Assembly (NCBI GenBank): GCA_964016885.1
Contig: OZ024741.1
Location: 225,184,001 to 225,248,000 of the forward strand
DNA length: 64,000 nucleotides
Reading direction: 5' to 3'
Source of the DNA: Eledone cirrhosa
Taxonomy: Eukaryota
Part shown: positions 53,006-64,000 of the stretch, piece after piece
How positions within the stretch are numbered: position 1 is the stretch's first letter
Layout of the letters: each line of letters opens with the position of its first letter
The notes under the pieces: model-generated
Told to the model about the DNA's origin: nothing
What the model saw: the letters and a program-made list of their open reading frames with translations, nothing else
Database searches by the model: none
Made by a program: the position numbers and the translations under genes

Positions 53006-54374
53006 TGCAAATCACGGATACTCACATTTGAATAAATATTATTCGATATTAAAACAGCATTAAGTGTTGTTCTCCACTTTAAATTATATTTTGAAACAAT
53101 AGTTGATACCGCAGTAAATAAAGTAGAAACATATTTATTCAAAGCTGAGTCTTCGTGAATTATTTTCGGAGAGTAAGACAACGTAGATCAAAAGTTAAGC
53201 ACCCAATTATCCAAAATCACGATATTGTTTCGATTCAAGTTCATTTTCTTTATGACGTTGAAAAACATGACCGTCATCTATTCATCTCATGCCCGTCTCT
53301 TTAAATAAAACAAGCAAAATAAAACAAAGAAACCAATATATTGATTCCACTGTGGCGTTATAAAACTGAGGTCCTTTTTAATGCATCAATAACCGTTTAG
53401 GGTTGAAATGGATTTTTAAAAGAGTAGCATCTTTTGATGCTCTGTCCTCAATAACAAATGAACAGTGGCACATTCTTCTTTTATTATCCCCGTCACACGA
53501 AGTCTAAGACCAGGCACATTTTTATCCCAGGGAAGTTAATCATAGCCGGTGTAGAAATCAATGTGTACCAGATAATTGAAAGCTAAACATATTATTCTCT
53601 TTTTCAATAGACGTCACGCCCGTTTCAATTTTGTCGTGAAGAAATTGAATAATGCAAAGAGCCGTAATCGATGCATTAGCTGGATTTATTAGCTTTATGC
53701 TGCGCAGTATATTTTCTGAAGGCACCACGTAATTACCAAAACAACAATAAGCTATTTATAAATATTTCAAACAACGTTGAAGAACATGGAAAGTTATAAT
53801 ACCACAACACAGAAGTATATGAGTCCTTCAGATTTTCTCTTTTAGAAACTGTTTTCTTCGCCTTCTGAGAAGCTCGTATGAGACTTTCTGCTTTACATTT
53901 TTATTAAAATAAAATCATCATCATCATCATCAACAACAACAGCCATACGCTGCAGACGAGCGACAAATTGAAACACTGCTGTAGAAAAATGTGCCAAGGT
54001 AAACCTGAAGAGAAGAAAATTAGAGGAAAAAAAACTAATATCACGCTAGATAAAGAAACTGATATAAGATAATTAGATCACAGACATACACATACTTAGC
54101 AATCAATGAACTAGACAGGGTTTAGCACACACTGATGAAAGAAAAGATCAGAACGAAATACTATCGATGCAGTAGATTACTACTTAAAACAGAACTAAAT
54201 GCAAAGAATAAGATAATAGACACCAAAACACGTCATAAGCTCCAGTGTTAACATTTTGAATTGAACACTAAACAGGATTAGATAGCATTAGATTGAACTA
54301 GCAGGATTAGATAGAAAAAAGAAAAAAAAAAACAAGAAAAATATTGACTACATTTATAATAAATACATCAATCG

Positions 54375-57350
54375 TTAGGTAGGCCCAGTTCCTATCCACC
54401 TGGAGGTCTGGCCCAAATCAGACCCCGAGCATCTTCACCGATCCGTCCGTCCAGTATCCGACACTGTTGAACGGCATGGATTTGCTTCGCCAAATGCCGA
54501 GCTGCAAACCCACTGACTTTTCCAGGTTGATATTTGTTCCCACCAGCCTTTCATTTACCTCTAAGAAGTTGTCAACCACCTCAATTTCTGAGCTGTTCGA
54601 CACCATTACGATGACATCATCCGCATATGCTGAGGGAGTTCTTCCACGTCCCGGTCCAAGTTATATGGGTTACAACAGCTCCAACTTCTGCAGTGATGGT
54701 TCGAGAGTCAATACGTAGAGAAGGGAGGAGAGGGGGCATCTGGAACGGTGCCGATAGATGGCCGTTGACCACCAAACAGATGCCACTGTGCATTGCAGCA
54801 ATTGAGTCTCTGAAGATGGAACCAAAGCCAGCTACCTTGAGGACAGCGTCCAGGTATTGAAAGTCTTCAATTGATTCAGATTGATCAGAGCTCCATCGAA
54901 GCTAAGTTTACTCCCCATCCTCTCGGTGCTGTATCGAATAAGGTGGAGGTTGTCGTGTATGGACCTAGTCGGGATTGCGTACGTCTGCGCTTCCCTACCA
55001 GGCTTTCAAAGACAAGCGCCAACCTCGTTGCTAGCATTTTGGTCGAAATCTTAAATTTTGTGTTTAGCAAAGTTCTGGACCTGAAGTTATCTAAAACGTC
55101 TCTCTTGTTCTCACCTTTCCTCGTCAGTGTTAGTAGGCCCAGACTCACAAGACTGAGAATGCTCCTGTTCTGCTGCTAGTTGCTGTAGACGTCTTCGAGA
55201 TGATCGGAGAAAAGCTTGGCATATTTTCGTAAAGCTTATAGGGAAGACCATCCAAACCGGGCGATTTGCGCTTCGTACAGTCAACCATGGCTCCCGAATC
55301 TCGGCTGCTATTATCGGCCTTTCGCAGCACTCCGCATCAGTCGGAGAGAGTTGCGGAAGGCTATCGAGGTAAGAACTGAAGTTCACTACCTTTTCTTGAC
55401 TCCCGATCACCCCGAACAGTTGTGCAAAGTGCTGCCACAAGCTCGTTTCGTTCCGTCAAAGACCGAACTGTGGATTTGTTACTTCGCTGCGGCTCTACCA
55501 CTCGCGCTTATCGAATAGCTTTCGTTTCTTCGTTTCTTAGCACATGCGCCTTAGCTCTGACAATGCGATCTTCGTATTTCGCATTGAAGGAATGGTCTAA
55601 TGCCATTCTTGCCGCTAGTACGTCAATTGCAATGCCAATCCTAATCGCCTCTTCTAATTTACTTACTATCCCGCTTCATTCTATTTTTCTATTGCATTTT
55701 GGCTACGTGTTTCCTCTTCTTCATTGGGATAAGAGGAAGGGCATGAGTCTTATAATGTTGGGGATGCAAGTATGTTTGTGGCTTTGTCTGTGTGAGTGGT
55801 TAGAGCGGGTGGAGAGAAAGAGAGAGCTTACTTGATGGACTCTTTGGGTAGTTTTGTTGGAGTCTGTTGATGTTGTTGGTGCTGGTAGTTAAGTTGTTGC
55901 TATCCGTGGTGTTGGTAGTGTTATTGGTGCTGTAGTGGCCGCTGCTGTTGGTAGTGTTGTTGGTGTTGTTGGTGTTGTTGATTTTGCTGGTGTTAGTTCT
56001 GTCGCTGCAGTTTGCAGTTTTGCTGTTGATGTCGGTGTTGCAACCGGATTTAGTGTCGCTGTTGTTGTTTGCTGTTGCAGTTGCTGTTTTTGTTGTTGCA
56101 GTATTTATGTACCTGGTGTTGAGAGTAAGAGGGCCTTGTGGTTCCCTGTTCGTGTTGAGGGCAGAAAGCTCTCAAATGGCCACTTTGTCCACTCAAATGA
56201 CAACAGGGTCATGTGCCCTCAAGTAAAACTTGTATGCCCACCCCTCCTGAAATGCGATTGAGGTCTGGGATGTTTTGGATGTCATCTGGTTTGATGTGGA
56301 GTAGTGACTCCACACTGATCCCAAACCAGTTCTCTCTTCGTGTTTGTTTCACCTCCAAGGTGTTGCTTCTCTCTATGACGATGCAGGCCAATATTCACCA
56401 AATGTTTACTTCAGGAGGGATTCCGGAAATATTCACCTTCATCTGAGATAAGAGGGTTTCAAGACATACTTCTCGCTCCGGCATACGTCTAGCTACGCCA
56501 GTCCAGGATTTTTCCAATTTTGTCAATCTGCTTGTTTGTGTCAAGCATGTGTCCTTTTCTGCGAAGTTTATAAACAACAGTTCTGTATATTAAGCAGCTG
56601 TTGCTGCAAATGTATTGTTGTTGTTATTGTTGTTGATCATGTTGTTATCATTTGTGTTGTCACAATCGCCTGTGTTATCGTTTTGTTTTTGATTTAGTTG
56701 GTGCAGTGGTGGTGGTGGCGGTGGTGGTGTTAGTGGTGGCGGCGGCGATGGTGGTGGTGGTGTTGGCTGTGCTTGCAGTCGTTGCTGTGGTGGGGTGTGG
56801 TGGGGTTGGGGCGTTCTCAGTCGGAGACGTTGGCAGAGGGGGAAAATTTATTTCAATGGCGGCTGCTGGCGAGATATTACGTTTTGGCTGCTGCTGTTGT
56901 TGTTGTTGTTCTTACTGTTACAGTTGCTACTGGTGCTGCTGCTGTTGTCGTTGTCATTCAGTAATGTACTGCTGCTGTTGCTGCTGTTACAGTTGCTGCT
57001 GTTACAGTTGCTACTGGTGCTGTTGCTGCTGTCGTTGTCATTCAGTAATGTGCTGCTGCTGTTGCTGCTGTCATTCAGTAATGTACTGGGTAATTGCTGT
57101 CCTTGTGCCTAAAGTAGAAACAATTATTTTGTGAACTTTGGACAACCAGCCATTTCGTTTAGCGGACGCAAGATTTTTGTCGGCGATCTTAATTTTAACA
57201 GAAAATTGAGGGGTCTGTTTGATAAAAAAAACACAGGTTTAGCTCTAAGGGCTACGGCTAGAGATACTCTAACCAGCTAACGAAGGTACTGGTTTGTTTA
57301 TATTGGACGTCTACGTGTCCGCTTCTGTGGGTTTCTTGTTTTTCACATGA
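54375..57350 (-). mobile_element. Heavily decayed, internally deleted Tx1-type LINE (ORF1 and RT pieces)
   Basis: KSPGLDGLPY, NFRSRTLLNTKFKI, SAYADDVIV and INLEKSVGLQLG motifs; ORF1 homologous to 16200-16400. Confidence 0.82.
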
Positions 57351-57412
57351 TATAAAACCCGTTTTGCCTTCTTCTTCTTCTTCTTCTTCTTCTTCTTCTT
57401 CTTCTTCTTCTT

Positions 57413-57447
<35 letters not shown>

Positions 57448-58314
57448 TTACTACTATTATGATTATTATCAATTTGCGCCACACTATATCATCATCCTCA
57501 CCACCATCAACACCACGACCACCACCACCACAACCACAACCACAACCACCACCACCATCGCTACCACTACCATCCCCATCCTCCTTCCCATCATCATCAT
57601 CACTATCATCATCATTCTACCATCATTCAACCATCTAGTAACTTATGTTTTCTTCTATTTTGATACTTGCAGCTTCCTGGAAATAGCATTTGCTGTTATA
57701 ATACAGCACAGCAAATGTTTTTATCTTCTGTTTTGAAATTTCTCCGTTTCCTCATTTCGGTATTTCTACATGTACATATGCAGCAATATTTAGATGTGAA
57801 TGTATGTATGTATGTATGTATGTATGTATCTATGTGTGTATGTATGTATGTATGTATGTATGTATGTATGTATGTATGTATGTATGTATGTATGTATGTA
57901 TGTATGTGTGTGTGTGTATGTATATGTGTGTATGTATGTATGTATATGTGTGTGTGTATGTATGTATGTAGGCATGTATGTATGTATACGTGTGTGTATG
58001 TATGAATGTATGTATGTACGTATGTATGTGTGTGTGTGTGTATGTATTTATCTATGTATGATGTGTGTGTTTATGTATGTATGTTCTTCTCGTTTTCAGA
58101 CTTCACAAATGTTTTTCCAATAGAGAGAGAGTCGGTTTCAAACATAGACACAAGACTCTCTCATTAGAATTTACACAACATCAACTAGGTAGATATGTAT
58201 GCATGTCTACATGCATGTGTAGATATGGATGTTATTGTATGTGTGGATGTGTATGCTTTGAGTTGTATGTGTGCATGTGTATATGCTTTGCATCTGTACA
58301 TGTGTATATGCAGT

Positions 58315-61300
58315 TATTAGATGCAAAATTTTTGGAATGTTTTACATATTTTTCTGTTCCATTAATGGATTGTACTTGTAATTTCCTAACTAGTCGTGTT
58401 CTTTCTGTTCCTGTGAAGCCTAGCTTCTCAAGATTTGTATTGAGGCAGTTACTAACATAACCCAGTGCCCCAATAATCACAGGCATAAATCTGAAGGTGT
58501 AATCAGGGTGGAGTATCTGCAGATTTTTCATCAGTTCTGCATAAATATTCTCCTTTTCACTAATCTTTGATATTATATTGGCATCTGCTGGGCAGCTAAT
58601 TTCCACTACTGTGCATGCTTTCTTCTCCCTGTCCCATATAATAATATCTGGTCTGTTATGCCTGCATTTTATTGGGGTTTTTACTGGAACATTCCACCAG
58701 TACTCTTTCATATTATGTACATGGATGTCTTCCACATTGCTGTAGCTTTTAATGTGTTTATTATCGGGGCCATCTTTGTTACGAACTGCATTGTACAGTG
58801 TTTTGGCCACTGCATCATGCCTCATAGGTAAATAGTACCGCGATGACATCTTTGGAGAGCTACTGATGACATGGTGATATCCTTGATGTCAGTTCTGTAG
58901 AGTCTGCACTTGTTATCACATCTAGGTGTTTTGTCTGCATCCCTATCTCTTTTGTGAATCAGGTATTTCGTGTTAATCTCCTGTTTTTGGATTGCAAAAG
59001 CGTATCCTTCAAAGTGGGAGCCAATATAACGGTTGTTGGTCCAAGATAGACTACTTTCCTTATCTATATTACTCTCACCCTGGAGCTTCCTGGCAACATA
59101 ACCATGCATGATTTTTTACTGATAAGCATGCAGTTTTTCATCCATGGATTCACTGCGATACTGCTGAGCGACATCCCTGGGTGTGAGTCTTTGATTATGA
59201 CACAGGGAATATCTCTCGAGGAGTTCCTTCCCAACTCTCATGATCTCATCTGTTTCATGCACATAGACTTGCTCGAGAAACGGGCTCCTACGCTTCGAGG
59301 TTCGTAGATGTTGTCGGACATTCAAATGTTACCTGATGTGGACTGATGTTAGGTCTCTGCCTCCTTGCTTACGTTTCAAGTAAAGGCGGTCTATGTCACT
59401 GTTGATGTGGAAGTTTCCGGTGTTGTTTAGTATTTTCCGAGTTCCAACATCAACTGCTCGGATTTCGTCTATCGTCCAATTGAGTATTCCAAACGTTGGT
59501 GTTAGGACAGGCACAAGAAACACATTGTGAGCCAGTGTTTTGTTTTGCGTAGAGAGTTCCGATGACCAGATATCTCTTAATCGGGTGTAGTATTCCCTGG
59601 TTACGCGTTGTTTATTACAGATACCATTATAGGATATGTTTTCATCTATCCCCAGGTATCTGTAGTAGTCCTCATCAGATATCGGTGAAACACTTAGGCC
59701 ATTGATGACAATGTTGCTAGATTGGGTTTTTGTTTTTCCCCGCTTTTCAGTCATGTATGAGCATTTATCTTGGCCAAACTCCATTCCTATATCCTTTGAG
59801 AACGTTGTAATCAGGTCAAGATTTTTCTTCATCCCATCCATGTTCTTGGCATAGAGTTTCAGATCGTCCACAAAGAAATTATGGATTAGGTTCGTATTTC
59901 TGTCCTCCTGTGAGCCAATCATGTATCCCTCACATTTCTTGAACAGAAAGGACAAGGGGTTTAATGCAAGATGAATAATATCACAGAGAGACTGTCCCCC
60001 TGAAATATACCCCTGCGATATTTTATTTTATCAGTGAAAATAGAGTCCTCCCACTCTGTCTTTAACCTTAGGATAGCACAAGAAGAAGACAGCCTTTCTA
60101 TGGCTCTGACAATAATGTCTGGGACTTCAGCAAGTTGGAGGGCCTCTATCATCCAAGAGTGGGGAACTGAATCGAAAGCTTTCCTGTAGTCCAGCCAGAC
60201 TGTAACCATATTCCTCCTAAGTTGTCGCACCTCCGACATCGCAGTTTTGTTGATTAGGAGTTGTTCGGCACATCCCCAAACCCTTTTCTTTCCAGCTACT
60301 TGTTCATCTGTGATGATGTTATTATTTTCACAGTGATCTTGGAGGAATAGGTTCAGGCAGGCTGTATACATCTTATACATCAGGTTCTGGCATGCAATGG
60401 GTCGGTAGTTTTTTGGCAAGTGGGTGTCTTTGTTCTTGGGGACCAGTAATGTTTGTGCTAATGTCAACCATTCTGGTATAAGCGTATCTCCCTTAAGAAC
60501 TTGCTGGGAGAGGTCAGTAAGATACCTCCGATAGAATATTAGTTTTTTGTACCAGTAGCCGACAATCATGTCTCTTCCTGGTGTTTTCTTATCTTGGAGT
60601 TTTCCTATTACAGTCTCAAGAGTACCCTCACTTATTTCGTATGTTTTTGTTGTAGTTTAGGAGCAATAGTTCTTTCGGATTTCTCTTAGCCACACTGCAT
60701 CTTGGTTGAAATTTTTCTTTTCACCCCATATTTTGCTCCAAAAGAAATCTGTCTTTCTGGGATGGGGCCTCAGTGGCACTTATTATTTTGCCCTTCATAT
60801 CTCTATATAGTGATGTTTGGTTTCGTCTGAATCTTTTATTAAGCACTTTTCTCTCATCTACCTTCTTCAGGTATCGGCGTTTTTCGCTAACAGCTCTCAA
60901 TTCTTGTTTGAGGATGATCAGCTTATATTGGAGAGTTCTGGTTCTACTGTTACGAAACATCGTCTCTATTTTATTTTTCACTCTTTGTTGGTGAGGAGTG
61001 CGGTTTTTTTGTGTTTGTTTGCATGTAAGGAGCATTGTCACATATCCTATCTTTTTTCGTAGGTCAGAAATCTTTTTTTCTATTTTAGTTATATATGATG
61101 GTATTTTTGGTGGGGTTTTGTTCTTGTTAATATCTCTGCTATCACCAAGATAATGCTTCACTGTCGTTGCTAAGGTATATAAACAGGCGTTGATTTTCCA
61201 AAATGTTGGGGTTTTTATCCGTCGTAAATATTCATCCCCTATTTCGTCAATAACACGTAATATTTCATTATTTGTTTTTTTTTATTAAACATTGTCGTTT

Positions 61301-62150
61301 TAATACTTTCAGCAAGAGAGATATTTATACATGAATTAATTTCTCTCTGGAAGATTTCGTTGAGGCAAAATTTCAATTGTTTATACTTTTGATTATTATC
61401 ATTATCGATAGTATTTTTCACAATAGTTGAGGTAGATTCGGATGGTACACGTGGTGTCAAATTTCTTCGATTATTATAATTATTTCTTCGATTATTATTA
61501 TTATCGATAGTGTTTTCCCCATTATTCGAGGTAGACTTAGATAGTACACGTGGTGTCAAGTTTCTTACAGGCATAGTTGTTTCAAGGCGCTGTTCAACCT
61601 GTCTGCTAGGAAGTCTAGTAGCATGGCGCCCTGTAGCACGTGTTGTTGATAACATGTTTGTTGTGGGGGATTTACAATTAATAATATTTATCTTATTTTT
61701 GCGTTCAACAAACGTCGCTTGTTGGCGTAATTGTTTCGCTGTGAAATAATTTAGCTTGGGTGCATCTCGTCCCAGTGTAGCTTCATTCTGTTCATATAGC
61801 CAATGGAGGGATTGCTTGTTGCCATTTTATAACAATTAAATAAATCATTAAGTTCGCAACTCCAAGAGAAATGCGATTTATAATTTCGGTTTCTTCTGTA
61901 GCTACAACTGAATAAAGTTTGTTTACCTTCCTTGTTATTTGTCTTCGGTACTTCCTTAATTTTGTTGTCGATGCTGTGTTCAGCCATGCTGTTTGTAGCA
62001 AATCCTTGTAAAATGAATTATGTATTTAGTCGGATATCTCTACGAATTCGAATAAAAGGTGTCTTCAGAAGGGATAGTTAGAAGAATAACCAGTTATTCA
62101 ACCTGGCTGTAGTTGTGGCATTACTGTCGGAGATATTATTCATCTTAAAT
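58315..62150 (-). mobile_element. Near full-length R4/Dong-type non-LTR retrotransposon (RT plus restriction-like endonuclease), frameshifted
   Basis: YRPIACQNLMYK, LDYRKAFDSVPH, GIFQGDSLS and FFVDDLKLY RT motifs; degenerate CCHC knuckle; RHD; RPDIII...VVEISCP (PD-D/ExK type); N-terminal W...CY...GYMNRM..W motif. Confidence 0.9.
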
Positions 62151-62199
62151 TTAATAATTAGTCTCCCACGCCAAAATATGCGACTGATCACGTTGATTG

Positions 62200-62231
<32 letters not shown>

Positions 62232-62511
62232 TGTATGTATGTATGTATGTATGTATGTATGTATATAAAGATGTATTAACATATCATATAATGTATCGAT
62301 GTATATTATATTCATGCTTATATATGTATGTATACATATAAAAGCACACTTACATACGCACCTCCACAGACACACACAGGCTCACAGCCCAAAGATAATA
62401 CAACTTTAAACAAATAAAATAATGCTTACCTACGTGTATATATATATATATATATATAATTGAAAAAGTAGAGAATAACATGGTCAAGAGTACAAAAAAG
62501 GGGATTTATTT

Positions 62512-62618
62512 AGTTTAACAATTGTTTCTCTGATAAAGTTGTCTAAAAATTGCTGAACACTAGAAGCAGGGCCACTCAATTTCAAATACAATGCCAGCTC
62601 GATCACTCTTCAGAAACT
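62512..62618 (-). ncRNA. Type I hammerhead with a long stem II, in a cassette between (TA)n tracts
   Basis: Minus strand: AGTTT-CTGAAGA-GTGAT...ATCAGA-GAAAC-AATT-GTT-AAACT, with a 5-bp stem I and palindromic stem III. Confidence 0.72.
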
Positions 62619-63100
62619 GCTGCTGCTGTCATTATTTAGTATTCACAACTTCTAACTGGATTACCTATAACGATATTTTATTATCCCTTATATATATATA
62701 TATATATAAGTTAAAACAATGAAATAAAAAATCAAGTCATTAGAGATATACTTCACTGCTTTACGATCGTTTCTAGGTGATGATAATACATTGTAGCTAT
62801 ACTCCGTTATTGATCTATGTAAGGTTAGTTACAAAATATCAGATAAAGAGAATATTTACTTACATGCATATCACCCCAGAATAGACCCCACAACTTCCTG
62901 TGGATACCTCTGTGTATATATATATATATATAATATTAAAGATACTATTTATGGTTATGTATATACTAAAACTTTTTATAGTTATATTTATTTTAAACAC
63001 TAAACAGTGAAGGTCAGTAATTTATTACTACCTTATTACCAGTAAGATAAATAGCTCAATGTAATAACATCAGTTGTTCTACAGAGCAGTTATATAGAAT

Positions 63101-63191
<91 letters not shown>

Positions 63192-63315
63192 ATCTATCTA
63201 TCTATATTCCTCTATATAGATAAATATATGGTTAAAATCTAAGCAAAAATATAGGGAATATAAAATAAATTGCTATAATATTATGCAATCCACTCAAACT
63301 ACACACTCACTCACT

Positions 63316-63352
<37 letters not shown>

Positions 63353-64000
63353 GTACACACATATATATATATATACACACACACATATATATATACACAT
63401 ATATATAAATATATGCATTAAAATACATTATGAACAAGAAAAATATTAATTTTGTTGGGAAATCTGGAAGAATTGTAAAATATTCTACCATTTCTGAAGT
63501 AAAATAATTTAACAATTTCCGAAAGAATTATTTACAAGAGAACTAATCTTTTATATTAGATTCTAGAAAGTAACGTTTTCTCCAATATTAGACTTTGACT
63601 GTTCGAATCATAGCTTTTACGGTACTCGTTAAATGTTATGCCCGTTTCATCGCTATTCATTTTGCAGAACTTGAAGCGGGAAGTTGTAGCATTTAAGTAT
63701 ATTTTTTAAATATGGACCTGGACGTTCCTTTTTAGTGTTTGTATTATCTTCACGTCAGCTCTGGTTGGCCAGAGGTCAAAGGCCTTCTGTGAACATTCCG
63801 TATTTTAAAGGTTTATCTATATTAACTAATATGACCATCATGTTTATAAGAGGTTTGGTTGTGATTGAGAGGGATTTGGCTGGTGTTTCTCTTCAACATC
63901 ATCAACCATATTCTCAGCAATTCAGTATTTTTATACCAATACAAGGCATTCAAAACTGCTTCGTAACTCAATTCACATATTCCGAAAGTAAATGTCTGGT

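Noticed and set aside
54132-54165. CTGATGA...GAAA hammerhead-like core
   Set aside because: No pairing for stems I, II or III.

Overview
This is AT-rich, gene-free eukaryotic (metazoan) DNA made almost entirely of transposable elements and microsatellites. The SINE repertoire and (TA)n/(CA)n density suggest a cephalopod such as an octopus; that is an inference, not a database result. No intact host gene was recognised, and most ORF-track entries are microsatellite artefacts. The elements present are: four coding Penelope-like elements (PLEs) of two lineages (RT plus C-terminal GIY-YIG), an RTE LINE ending in three C2H2 fingers, a DD37D/maT transposon, several decayed Tx1/L1-type LINEs, a near full-length R4/Dong-type RLE LINE, a Helitron 3' end, a non-autonomous LTR element with a tRNA-Trp PBS, a hAT MITE and two tRNA-derived SINE families. 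The most notable hidden layer is about 15 type I hammerhead ribozyme (HHR) motifs on both strands. They include minimal forms with palindromic stem III, forms with a long stem II of about 90 nt, and a compensatory U3-A8 core variant. Most sit in short pLTR-like, often fold-back cassettes embedded in (TA)n, and several fold-back or truncation points fall in the ribozyme itself. All folds were read by eye and need computational and biochemical confirmation.
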